Shown here: positions 38,000 to 49,217 of the stretch, one piece after another | Layout: every line of letters begins with the position of its first letter | Position numbering within the stretch: position 1 is the first letter of the stretch | From: Psammoneis japonica | Taxonomy: Eukaryota | NCBI GenBank assembly: GCA_008632985.1 | Contig: QPGO01000122.1 | Location: forward strand, 62,001 to 126,000 | Direction: 5' to 3' | Length of the DNA: 64,000 nt | Translations under genes and position numbers: made by a program | Notes under the pieces: model-generated | Database searches by the model: none | What the model was told of the DNA's origin: nothing | Seen by the model: the letters and a program-made list of their open reading frames with translations, nothing else

Positions 38000-40400
38000 T
38001 TGAGTCTGTTTTACCAATGCACTGTTGGCTGCTTGGAGTTTGTCAAAATGGCAGGTGTGATGGATTCAGAGGTGAAATTTGCTGAGTTGGATGACATTTT
38101 TGCTGTCATCAATTCTCAGAGTGTCAACAGAAAGACCGAGATGTGCAAGCAGACAGGGAAGATGCTGGGAGAGGACATCAAGATGTGAGCCACAGTCTCC
38201 ACAGGAACATTGCAGCAGAAGCACCCAGACAAAATTGCCGCAACCAGCTGCCAGGCAGAAGAAGTCAAAAGGCAGCACCAATGCTGTCTCTGTTGCCACA
38301 GCAATGCCTGGCACTTTCTTGCTTGCCACCCTTGCTTGAGCCATGGATGCTCTTGCTCTCACAACTGTCTCCATCGCTGCAGCTGTGCTTGCCATTTTCT
38401 TTTTTGTGGCTCTTGCTGCTCTAGCAGTGCTCTCCTTCACCTTCTCCCCCAACTTTGCACCAGCAGCTGCACTCACATTCATGAACATTTCATTTGCCTT
38501 GACCTTCTCCCTCACCTTCACTTTCCACAGATGGGTGGTCAGAGTCAGAGTCACAGGAGTGGTCTTGCTTCTTGCCATGGACACATCCACAGTGCTGTGC
38601 TTGCCTCTTCTCTTTCCACTCAGTTGGTGACCACATTTTCCTCTGGGTTCACCACCACATGCACAGCTGTCAGAGTTTTTGTTGCAGCTGCCATTGTTCT
38701 CCACCCAGCTGTTGTTGCTGCCATCACAGCCATTGCAACCATCTCCCCCCTCTTTCCACACTGCTGCTTCCTCTCTTTCCTGAGGGACATGAGGGAGAGC
38801 ATGATGTGGGCTTGAAGGCTTGGGAGGACAGCATGTGCAATCACAATGGCAATCACCAAGGTCATTGTAGATGCCAAAGCAATTGTTTTAAAAATGTGTG
38901 AATGCAAGGGATTGACGCCCTGATCAGAGCCAGGCAAAGTGCTCGGGAAAACAGTCCAGCCACCTCTTGGTGCAATCACGACACTTCCTTGCCAAATCTA
39001 CCTCAGTTCCATCTGATTGCAAATTGTGATGCCACATGCAATGCACTCAATGTGAGCCATTTCTAAAAACACAAAAAGAACACTTTCCACATAAATTGTG
39101 TGTGTGTGTGTGTTTGTCCACACATGTGTGTGCGTTTGTGCACAAATTTGCTTGACAAGGCGGCCTTGTTGGACAAATGCTAAAATCTGTTTTTCAATGC
39201 ATGAGTCAAGCCCTGGCCTGACTTTTGACTTGCTGGCAACAATCTTCACATTGCTTGACTTGTCTTGCCATGATTGGATGTGTTTGATGATGAGAGCAGT
39301 TGTGTGCTGTGGATGCTCTTTTTTGTTGTTGCGCTCAACAACAGGAAAGTTGGCACATGTGTTCAATCCAATGCATGCATCAGAACAGCCAAAACTGCAG
39401 ATGATTGAGTTGGGTGCACTGTCATGTCAGTCACAACAGTGAGAGTGCATTTCATGGGACCACCAGAGGTGTGCTTGCTCCCCTCACTCATTCAGTGTTT
39501 CGTCAACAACCACTTCATGGCTCTCTCTGTCATGTTGCCTCACACTCACATGTGATGTCATGTCTTCCAATGAGAACAACAGCGGCACTTCCAGCAGCAA
39601 TGATGATTCAAGCAAGAAGGACAAGAGTCATTGCACCAGCAGTGAATCCACCAGCGGGAGGGATGGACCCAAGAACAAGTGATGATGTAAAAAGACACCA
39701 GCGTTGTCAAAGAAAACTTCTGTGGTGGCCAAGAAAATCCAAAGAAGAGGTCAAACAATGATGCTGTTCTGATGGCTTGCAAGAGAAATGAGTTGAATGT
39801 GCCCAACACTGCTTCCTGTGAGTCTGCACAGAGACAAAAAAGTGCAAATCTGCAGCACGGTTTGTTCTCTTCTTCAGTCAGAAGATGTTGTCTCCGTGCA
39901 CTTTGGCCAAACATTGCAGTCACACAGGAAGCCCAGAACAGGCACTGCCCAATGGGCTGCTGCATCTGAAGTGAGCTGGCTAAAGTGGCTCTCTCTCGCA
40001 GCAGAGAGAGGAGTGCCCACGGAGCTGTCCATCTGCCTTGTCAGGCCTGGGCTCACTGCATGCTGATGGACAAATTGCGTGAAGCACATGTGCCCACTTC
40101 CAATCAATGATCCTCTGCCACTCATCTGTGCTCTGTGCGGGGTTGCCGGTGCCAGTGCCGGCAGAGAGGTGGAGCAGGATGAGCGTGTGTCCCCAGCGCA
40201 CGCTTTCCAGTTGAAGAAAAACGCAACAAGGATTTTACCTTCTTGCAGATGTCAACAGTCCCGGTCATTTGACACTTCCATCACCTGTCTACGATCAATT
40301 GTCTTTAAATCAATGGGCCTGCAGGTCACAACTTGTTTAAACAATCAAAGCTGTCTTCATCGCAGCTCGCCAAAGACCAACCAAAAATTGCAAAAAAAAT
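38000..40400. other. TpA/CpG-depleted degenerate block, unclassified
   Basis: Composition; Tyr-less spurious ORFs; (TG)n tract near 39097-39112. Confidence 0.5.
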
Positions 40401-40544
40401 AGCGCTGAAAACAGTCATAGTTGAAGAAAAACTCAACTAGTTTGCACTGACAAATGCGTGCAATCTACATGTGGGCTACATTTTGACACGTACGACTAAA
40501 ATTCTCCAGCCTTCAACACGATTTTGGAGTGCGCAGGCTCGTGC

Positions 40545-40873
40545 GGTGCTGCGAATTGCGGAACAATTGCGTGACACATGTGCCCGAAGATCGAATGTCG
40601 TTGCCCGAAGCAACAATCATCGTTCGCGCAGATGTCCATTCTACACAGTGTGTGTGGTGTTGAAAATGCCATTGGAGTCGTATGAGTCGTCGCGTGAATT
40701 TCAGGAAATGACCTCTGTGGTGCGGTGCTACGTGATCTACACAAATCGGACATTCTCGAATGCTGGCACATGTTCTACGGTCTCTACGTGCGCGAAGCTC
40801 GAATTTCGTGCCCGAAGCAACAATCACCGTTCGGGCACGTGTATCGCGCAATTGTTCAGCAATTCGTAGTACC
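40545..40873. mobile_element. MITE-like element (~329 bp) with 44-bp terminal inverted repeats
   Basis: 40545-40588 matches the reverse complement of 40830-40873 at 38/44 positions; internal repeat TGCCCGAAGCAACAATCA at ~40602 and ~40809; no clear target-site duplication. Confidence 0.7.
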
Positions 40874-41299
40874 TAAGAAATTGCTGGTTCTAGTTGCACT
40901 TTTCCGCAACTGTCATAGAAATGACCGAAACAATGACTGTGACCCAAAACAGTCCACCGTTGCATAAAAGTGCAACTCCAGGCTCGCGCTGGGGACATGA
41001 TGTGTGTGATGTGTGTCCATGTTCCATGGAACATCATGGGAGTTTTGTCTTTTGAAGTTCACGAGAGGAACTTGAAGATCATTTCACGACTGTTCGTGTT
41101 GTTGTCGTTTTCAATCGTTGGTTTGTTCTTCTTGTCAGCAACCACAACGCACATTGAGCATCAACTTCATTCTCCTCGACTCCTTTGTTGCAACGCTCAA
41201 GCGGAAGGAAGCAAAGCACTGTGCGCAACAAGTGCAAACAATGGGGTCCCCTCTCAGGATCACAATTCACAGTCAAAAGGATTGGGCCAAACACGATTC

Positions 41300-42915
41300 A
41301 TGGCTGCATGGAGGATGACGAGAAGAAGGCGCTCATGAAGGAAAAGAAGAGACAACATGTTGCTGAACCTGATGGCGGATTCATCAATTCCAGCAAGGAG
41401 AGCACGAGTTTCAGGAGAAGGGTGTCTCAATTGAACGTCTGCCAGCAGTGTGATGGAAGCCTTCAAGATGAAGTCAAGGATCTTCCTCTTTGGACAAGAC
41501 TCGCCATTAGGTCGTCTCCACGAGACATCAGTCAGCAAGAGCTCATCGAGCGATCGACCTTTGTGCTGATTTGCATGCTCAAGATTTGCTGTTGCATTCG
41601 TGGGCGACGATATGCTTTTACGTCAGTGAAGTCATGGCAGGATTCATTCCACTTGTCTACATGTCTGGAGTGGTGTTGAACTTTTTGGCTTTGGGAATAC
41701 CGCAATCGATTGCAAAACCTTTGTTGTTGATCAGCTCTTCTTGATTCTGCTCTGCCCCATCGGTGTTCATTTTGCGCTCGGGGGACTTGTGGAATCCGGA
41801 GGAGCAGTGCTGTGGAGTTTTCTTTGCCCTCTCGGTGGTGCTTTCTTTCGATCGTCAAATGAGTCATCACTTGGTTTAAGATCTGTCTCATGGCTGCTGC
41901 GCCTCTGCTGTTTGGCGAGATCTACAATTGTGATGGAATCACATGAGTGAAGCCCATTATGCATGCGGATTTTGGATTGTGAACATTGTTGGTGTTTTGT
42001 CCATCTGTTTTAGTGCCGCTGTTTGCTTTTCAAGAGCATTGGAAGCTGAGCACGATCGATCCGAGAACCTTTTGCACAACATCCTTCCAAAAAGCATTGC
42101 CAAGTGCGTCAAAATGGGAGAGAATCCCATTGTGGACAAGCACTGTGAGATCAGCCTCTTGTTTACAGATGTTGTCAACTTTACGAAAGCGGCAGCCTCA
42201 GCGAGTCCTGACATTGTTGTTGAAGGCTTTCTGGGGGCGCACTGAATTAATCTCACGCATTGGGCGGTGCCCCTGACCCCACTTTCACCCCAGATTGTCA
42301 AAATATGTAAAACACCCCTGTTTTGTAAAACGCCCTAGTAACAAGCAGCGGCTTGGGTCGTCATGGTGCTTTCGACAGTCGAGTCGAGCAGTTTTTGGTG
42401 TTTGCGTGTTCAAATCGCGCGCACTGACAGTGAATGTTCACTTCCGGGTTCCTTTTGGTTTGGGTTCGCCATCAAAAATGACCGACGACAGACCGACGAC
42501 AGACCGACGAATGCTCGAAAAAGCCTGCTACGTAGGATCCTACGTAAGATATAGGGTAATGAGCCAAAATGTGTGTTTTACACGACGAAGCACGTGTTTT
42601 ACAGAATAACANTGAATAGGAGGGTTGGGACAAACTTTGAAATCCATGTCGGAACTCATGTCGGACCCGTTATTGCCGGCGTGTTGGGAACGAACAGGTT
42701 TGCCTGCGACGTGTGGGGCGATGCAGCAAATACGGCAAGCCGTATGGAATCTCATGGCAAGCCAGGATACATTCATTTAAGCGAGAGTGCACATGAAAAG
42801 GTGAAGGACGTGAGGGGATGCGAATTCAGCCCAGATGGGGAATCGTTTGCAAAGGGCAAGGGGACAATGACGACTTGCTGCGCCAAGCCAAAACCGCTGC
42901 CATGTGTGTCTTTGA
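41300..42915 (+). pseudogene. Pseudogene copy of the class III cyclase, frameshifted and interrupted at ~42240-42612
   Basis: Colinear with 36160-37525 (SFRRRVSQ, LLHNILPKSIA, DVWGDA.NTASRMES); several indels; upstream 41040-41200 resembles 35740-35900. Confidence 0.92.
42240..42612. mobile_element. Insertion in the cyclase pseudogene (probable transposon end) terminating at an assembly N
   Basis: Homology to the cyclase stops at ~42235 and resumes at 42613, right after the N at 42612. Contains GACCGACGACA repeats and the 18-bp palindrome TACGTAGGATCCTACGTA (42529-42546). Confidence 0.5.
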
Positions 42916-43926
42916 TTTCTGGACAGTGCCAACGCCTTCGTGGACGAGCCCCCCACTTACTTCACAACTGCCGGCATGCCAATTGCATCGTTGCATGTTT
43001 CTGGTGGGTGTTGCATGAAGCCTTCTTGGGCAAGTTCTTTGCATGAATCTTCAACGATGTGGACAATCCATAAATGGATCCCACAGTCGAATTCTGCACA
43101 CCCGAAAGCATGGGAATCGACAATTCAACTGTTAAAAAAAGTGCCACTGGTTGTTGTCGTGGCCTCTGCTGTAAAATGTGCAGCGTTTTCGCGCATTTTT
43201 TCACCGATTTCTCCCTCCACCATGGCGGAACCTGCGGCTGGCCCCACCGGTGAAGGATGCACACTTCAGCAATCTCGGATGCCTGACAACACTGTCAGGG
43301 AAATGATGGATGTGTCAGAATTGCTTGAAGTGGGAACAGACATGCCTTTTTCGGCTGTTCAAGACATGCCGCGAAATCCTGTGTCAGCAGTGTGCTGCCG
43401 AAGCACCATCTGTGCCCGTGCATGCCCCCCCTCCAAGTCTTCTTGTGGAGTTGCCAGTGGCCAAGAGAGCTTGAGTGTAATTCAAGGTTGTCGCCCATGC
43501 CCATGCAACCAATTTGGAAAAATGCCAAGAAAACATGATGGGCGCAGACAAAGGAGAGGTCAGGCACTGCGGCGAGGGAAGTGTTGCAGGAGGAGACAAG
43601 TTTGCATCAGGAGAGATTGAAAAAAGTTGGTCGCACCTTGCAAAACTGGCGCACCTGCAATTTGTTGCATCACAGTTCTGGCAAGAGATCAAAAGCTCAT
43701 TGTTCCCGGTGTGTGGCTTTGGGAATGGGAGTGTGGGCATTGGATCATGTGCGAGCGCATGCCTGTTGCGCCCGCATGGTGGCTTCTCTGCATGAGATGT
43801 TCTGTGTGCGGTGCAACATTTTTGTTCTTCCTTTTAGTGCACCGCAGCTGCTGAATTGAGTCTGTTGTTTTAACTCCCCTTAAAAAGGGAGGCAACAAAA
43901 GAAGAGAGCAAAGAGCTCTGCAACCT

Positions 43927-44535
43927 GCCCACCTCACATCAGAAACAACAGAATCATTTGGCACAAACGAGTTGGCTCATTCAGCACAGAACCTTCACAA
44001 GCTGAAACCACATGATAAAAACATCAAACATGATTGACATGGACAGTTCTTTCTGTCAGATTATGACAAGAGGGTTGACGAGTCAAATCTGGACCAGAGT
44101 GCTGTTGGAAACAACAGCGCCATCATGCAAAACACAAGTTTCAATGGAAGGGTGTCTCAAGTGTCTGTCAACAGTGTGATGGGAGCCTCCTTCAAGAAGC
44201 AGAGGTGAAGAGTGCTCCAATTTGGGCTGGGCTTGCCATTTTGTCCTCTTGTCACATGGCTTCAGCCAGCAAGAGCTGACCAAGAGAAAAGCCTTTGTCT
44301 CATTTGCTTGCTCAACATTTGCTGCTGCACTCCAGTCCACAAACAATGACATGCTTTCTTGTCAGGGAAGCAATGGGCTGGACTTGTGCCTTCTCTTGTT
44401 TGCTTTTGTGCAGTGTGGCATTGGCTTTTTTGCTTTTAGAGAAGCCTCAACTGACCACAAGATGCCCATCATTCATCATCTCTGTTTGATTTTGTTCTGC
44501 TCAGCCAGTGCTCATGTTGCGTGGCGAGGCTTGTA
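43927..44535 (+). pseudogene. Third, heavily decayed 5' copy of the cyclase gene
   Basis: Colinear similarity to 35975-36605 (ATGATTGACATGGACAGTTCTTT, GAAGGGTGTCTCAAGTG, CAGCAAGAGCTGA, TTCATCATCTCTGTTTGATT); nearly TpA-free. Confidence 0.8.
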
Positions 44536-44539
44536 GAAC

Positions 44540-47100
44540 ATGGTGAGGCATTGCCCCAACATTTGTTTTGTCTCTTCTTGTTCTTTCCATGCTGTCTTTC
44601 TAACTCTGTTGCTGGGTGCCAAACTCTGCCCCTGCTGGTGCCAGCTTCTTTTCAAAGTAAAGAAAATCAAGCACAGGAGTTGGCAACTGACTGCAGCACT
44701 GTCTCAAGGCTTTGGACAGGACTCTTTGCCAGAAGGCCCTGACAAGCAGGATGGCCCATTGACAACACATTTCTCCACCACCTCCACATCACACTTTTGC
44801 AACATCTTTTGAAAGGGGCAAGCCAAACGTCTTTGTGTGTTTCAGTGCTTGGTTGATGCAGGGCCATTCATTGCCCCAGACATTTGTTTTGTATCTTCTC
44901 ATTCTTTCCATGCCATCTTTCCAACTCTGTTCCAAAGAGCAGTTGCTGGGCACCATGCTCTGCCACTGCTGGTGCCAGCTTCTTTTTGAAGCAAAGAAAA
45001 GAGCAGGAGTTGGCAGCTGACTGCAGCGCTGTCTCAAGGCTTTGGACAGGACTCTTTGCCAGCAGGCCCTGACAAGCATGGCCCACTGACAATGCATTTC
45101 TCCACCATCTCCACATCACTCACTTTTGCAACATCTTTTGAAAGGGGCAAGCTGGCTGTCTCTGTGTGTTTCAGTGCTCAGTTGATGCAGGGCCAGAGGG
45201 TCAAAAACATGTGGTCTGCTGTCAAGAACTCTTTTGCCATGCACAGCAGCAGCTGCTCCACTGGGGTGCATGCCTCCATGTGCACAGCTGAAAAGACTGG
45301 AGAGACAAAGCAAAACCCAAATTGTGTGCTTTGGGCACTGCTGCGCTTCCATCCTGCAACTCTGGCAACAAGCCAGTCCACACCTCCAGCAGTGCACATG
45401 TGGTGGTGTGGCAGGAACATGTGGCACTTTGTCCACGTGGCATGCTGGCTGGTGATGCTGTGCCAAAATGACTGGCAATTGTGACACAAGTGCCTCTCTG
45501 GCAGCCAATCTTTTTGCTTCTTGGATTCTCAACTTGATTGCAGGACAAACCATTGTTGACCAATTGTGCAACCTGTGAGTCCAGTGAGTTAGATGTTCGT
45601 CCACTGAATCGAACAAACACATGCACTCTGTTTTGTTGCTGCTGGGCAATCATCATTCACCCTGAAACAAACAGCCTTGACTTCCTCCTTGGTGTCATGA
45701 TGCTGAGAAGACTGCCTGGTTTCTGAATTGTGTGTCCATGCTGAATCATCATGAGAATCCCACAGTCCCCACCACTGGGGCCAGATGCATGCTCCAATCA
45801 TTGCTGCCCCCCCAGCCCAGTTGTCTGTTGCAGTCATCCTGAGCCTGAGATCCAACTGCAGCCTGGTGAGACCACTGAGCCTTGTTCCACAAAACCAAAA
45901 ACCCACCTTTGAAAAGGTGGCACTGCCTTGTGCAATCTCTTGAGAATCTGACACAGCACAGACACTGGGATGAACTTTGTCTGAATGTGACATTTCCTTC
46001 CAAAAACCATTGTGATTCTGTTCCCCATGACGTCAAGTCATGCAGGGCTGGGGAGGTGTCCACATTGTCACATTTCTTTCACAGGCCTTGAAGAAAGGTT
46101 TGATGTCACTGTCTGTTCTCAGGGTGTTGGAGAATGTGTCTTCCATGGGGTGCTGGCAGTGAGCGCAGCAATCCAACCGGGTGGGGCATTGCACCGGTGC
46201 ACCCATGATTTTGTTTGCAGGAAAGAGATCTTGAACAAGCTTGACAGTGTCAACTCTCCATCAAACAATTTGAGACATGTGTTTGGCATGCACCATTCAA
46301 TCAACAGAATCAAAAACACAGTCAGACCAACCAAACTTCTCTTTCATGTGTTTGCAAAGAGGGGGAGCACCTGCTTTGCAGCACAAGACCAACTTGAGCT
46401 TTGCAATGAGGCATTCTTGGTGCCAACAGTGCATCATCACCCAAAAAGGAACCATGGCGCCATCCAGCCAAAAGCAATCTGCTTTCTGTCATTCAGTTTG
46501 GCAGGTGTGGACAGCGACTCACAAGGATCAGAGTCATCCTGATGTGGGACTTTTTACCCAAGAGACAGGCACCAAGGTCCCAGAGTGGTCATTGATGGAG
46601 CATGCTGATGTCTGCTGGAGAGAGTGGAAAATTTTGTGCCGTGTGTTCTGGTCCAGTGCCAAAGTGTTTGCGACAAGATGGCAGCGGGCAAAGTCAACTC
46701 TGGGTCCGGGCCCGGAGAAAAGACCAGACAGACAGAAACTTGTGCTCACAGCTGCAGAAGATTGCACTCTCCCCTGGCTGCCCATGGACAGCTCTCTTTT
46801 CACAAGATGCTGTGCAGCACTTTGCTTGAAAAGCTTGTGTGCCAGGCTTGGCAGGCACAGGGCGCCCTCTCCTCTCTGTTTTGACTTGCGCTGGGGGACA
46901 AGGAGGACGACAGATGAAAAGATGCTTCCTGACATGGCAGAAATTTGGCAAGGACTTGGAAAGACAAGTCCTTTTGATCCCCCCTCTAATCTTCACACAA
47001 AATTGCCACACTGCACCACACCCAGCAGGAGCAGGAAATCCACAACGCGGCACAATGCAGCAGCACTCGCACTCTGCGCGCACGAACCGCAACTTGAAAC
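44540..47100. other. TpA/CpG-depleted degenerate block with an internal ~320-bp direct duplication (~44548-44865 / ~44870-45195)
   Basis: Repeated GTCTCAAGGCTTTGGACAGGACTCTTTGCCAG and flanks; composition. Confidence 0.6.
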
Positions 47101-47324
47101 AACTGATGCACGCGCACCGCGCCCCGGCAGTTCGGGACTGACTCATTCGTGACTTGAATCAAGTCACGCACGCAAATCTTTTTTTCACGTTTCTGCTGAC
47201 AATAACTTCAAACTGACAACATCTCGTTGCGATAGAAGATAACATCGGGTTGCGATCTCAGACATTGAACGGTGAACATCGCGTTGTTTTAAAATATTCT
47301 TAGAGAGAGGAATTAAAGGTCATC

Positions 47325-48023
47325 ATGTCGTCTCTTTGCTTAAAGGTTGTGATTGCATCAATCACATTTTTGCCGTTCTCGACTGGCTTTCAAACCAGCA
47401 GCACCCGCTTCTCTTGTCTTCGAACCCCAACACTTCTGCATGACGCTTCTTCCGAAGAAGGAACCGTCAGCACCAAGAAGGTCGAAACCTTTTTATCGCA
47501 AAAGTTCCCATCCTTTTTCTCATTGCTATCCAAAGACGATTCGATATGGAAAACGCTGTCTGAGAACGCGTCAGACAGTGGATACACCTTGTTTGCGCCC
47601 AACGAACAAGTGTTTGATAATTTGGGAGAAGAAAAACGAAAGCAGCTTTCAGACGATCGCAACCTCGAGGTTGCACAAAAAATGGCCTTGTATCACGTTG
47701 TGAGTGCTGAAAAGCTGACGGCGACTCAGCTGCGCACCGAAGATTGGACGAGACCGTCACCCAAGGATGGTGGTCCGCGTCCCTTTACTGTTGGTGGAAT
47801 TTTGACACTGGGAGGCGAGGTTCCTGTTGGACGAAGCAAATCGGGTGGCTTTCTCGGATGGGGCGCCAAGGAAGATGGCGATGCCGTGATTGGGCCCAAT
47901 GCACGGATTGTCCAATCCTATGTTATTGGAGACGATGAGGCGATTGTACACGAAGTTGATAACCTCATCTCACCCGAGTTGCTGTGGCGTTATTGTGATC
48001 AATTGCGAATTCCTGGGTTTTAG
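47325..48023 (+). CDS. Fasciclin (FAS1) domain protein, probably plastid-targeted (232 aa)
   Basis: H1 motif YTLFAPNEQVF, YHVV, H2 motif IVHEVDNLI; signal peptide ending STG-F. Confidence 0.9.
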   Translation: MSSLCLKVVIASITFLPFSTGFQTSSTRFSCLRTPTLLHDASSEEGTVSTKKVETFLSQKFPSFFSLLSKDDSIWKTLSENASDSGYTLFAPNEQVFDNLGEEKRKQLSDDRNLEVAQKMALYHVVSAEKLTATQLRTEDWTRPSPKDGGPRPFTVGGILTLGGEVPVGRSKSGGFLGWGAKEDGDAVIGPNARIVQSYVIGDDEAIVHEVDNLISPELLWRYCDQLRIPGF

Positions 48024-48075
48024 AAATAAGTTGGATTAAAAAACATTTATAGCTAACAAGAATAGCCTAGCAGTT

Positions 48076-48831
48076 TCATGGCAAGATACCGCATGCCACA
48101 ATGTTGACGTCAACCTTTGGTGCGTTGCCTGGTCCACGCACCGGTACCTTTTCAATGTTCCTCACAACCGACATACTCTCTGCATCTACAATACCAAAGG
48201 CAGCATATCGATCATCAGCCCATCCCGCTTCATCCTTGCAATTGATAAAGAATCTCGAGTCGGCGCTGCCACCCACACCACGGACCGCCGAGACCAGTCC
48301 CTCCTTGCTGTGCTTGATGTCATAATTGTCGGGTTCAAACGGAGCACCAAACGCCGATTGTCCCGTCTTTCCTGTCTTATCACCTACAGCACCGCCCTGA
48401 ATGTTTAAATCCGAAAGCACGCGATAAAATGTGGTTCCTGCGTAGGCATTGTTTTCGCACAACTGGACAAAGTTATCCACCAGTCGGGGAGTTTGCTCTC
48501 CAAACAGAGAAATGGATAGTCGTTCGACTGCTTGATCGCCAATCTGTACATCCAAATACACTCGCTTTGTTATCTTTGGAATGTCGGGTTCAATGTACGC
48601 TGCATTGACGGGTAACGTTAAGGATGACGCCACGACAAGAGCAGCAGATTGGATTGCAAATCTGCGATCCACAGCAAACAAACATAATGTCGAGCTCTCG
48701 GCGTGTGTTGTGGACAGAAACGGAGCTGAAAATCCATGAACCAAATCCTGTGTCATCAATATCAATAGCATGAGAGCTTTTAGGCACAAGTTTGACGGTT
48801 TCATGTTGACAGGCGGAAACGTCATGGTCAT
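48076..48831 (-). CDS. Cyclophilin-type peptidyl-prolyl isomerase, probably thylakoid-lumenal; start may be 48831, 48825 or 48804
   Basis: VYLDVQIG, LFGEQTPRLVDNF, YAGTTFYRV, IQGG, SRFFI; presequence VHG-F followed by twin-Arg DRR..VNA. Confidence 0.9.
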   Translation of the reverse strand: MTMTFPPVNMKPSNLCLKALMLLILMTQDLVHGFSAPFLSTTHAESSTLCLFAVDRRFAIQSAALVVASSLTLPVNAAYIEPDIPKITKRVYLDVQIGDQAVERLSISLFGEQTPRLVDNFVQLCENNAYAGTTFYRVLSDLNIQGGAVGDKTGKTGQSAFGAPFEPDNYDIKHSKEGLVSAVRGVGGSADSRFFINCKDEAGWADDRYAAFGIVDAESMSVVRNIEKVPVRGPGNAPKVDVNIVACGILP

Positions 48832-49217
48832 GGTGGAATCAATCAATAGTCGGATTCAATCTGCGACTTCAAACTTCAAATTGGAAAATTGAAATTGTGA
48901 TCAATTTTTGCGAGTTTTCCTACAAATTTTGGAGTTTTTCGCTTCTTCTACGTTTTCGACTTTTCAAAGGTTATGAGCAAAACGGTTATGAGCTATCTAT
49001 TTTTGTGTCAGTCCTTCCGTCCGGAAAAATTGACACGTGTTACTCGCTCCTGCACTGTGCCGCCCTTCATTTTTCTCTGTGAGAAAGATGAGTGACACAG
49101 TTCAGTTGTTGTTTGTTGTCGGCGGTCAATAGGTTGAGTGAGAGAATACTCTTTGTATTTCTACCCTGCCTATTGTAAGAACGGGATAGATTCTCCAGTG
49201 TTGGTGTCGACAAGAAG

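Noticed and set aside
8900..47150. Hundreds of 60-290 aa Cys/His/Gln-rich ORFs in the TA-free blocks (e.g. 9675-10358, 21279-21968, 38066-38761, 46277-47152)
   Set aside because: They are by-products of losing TAA/TAG stops; they overlap in all frames, lack Tyr and show no domains.
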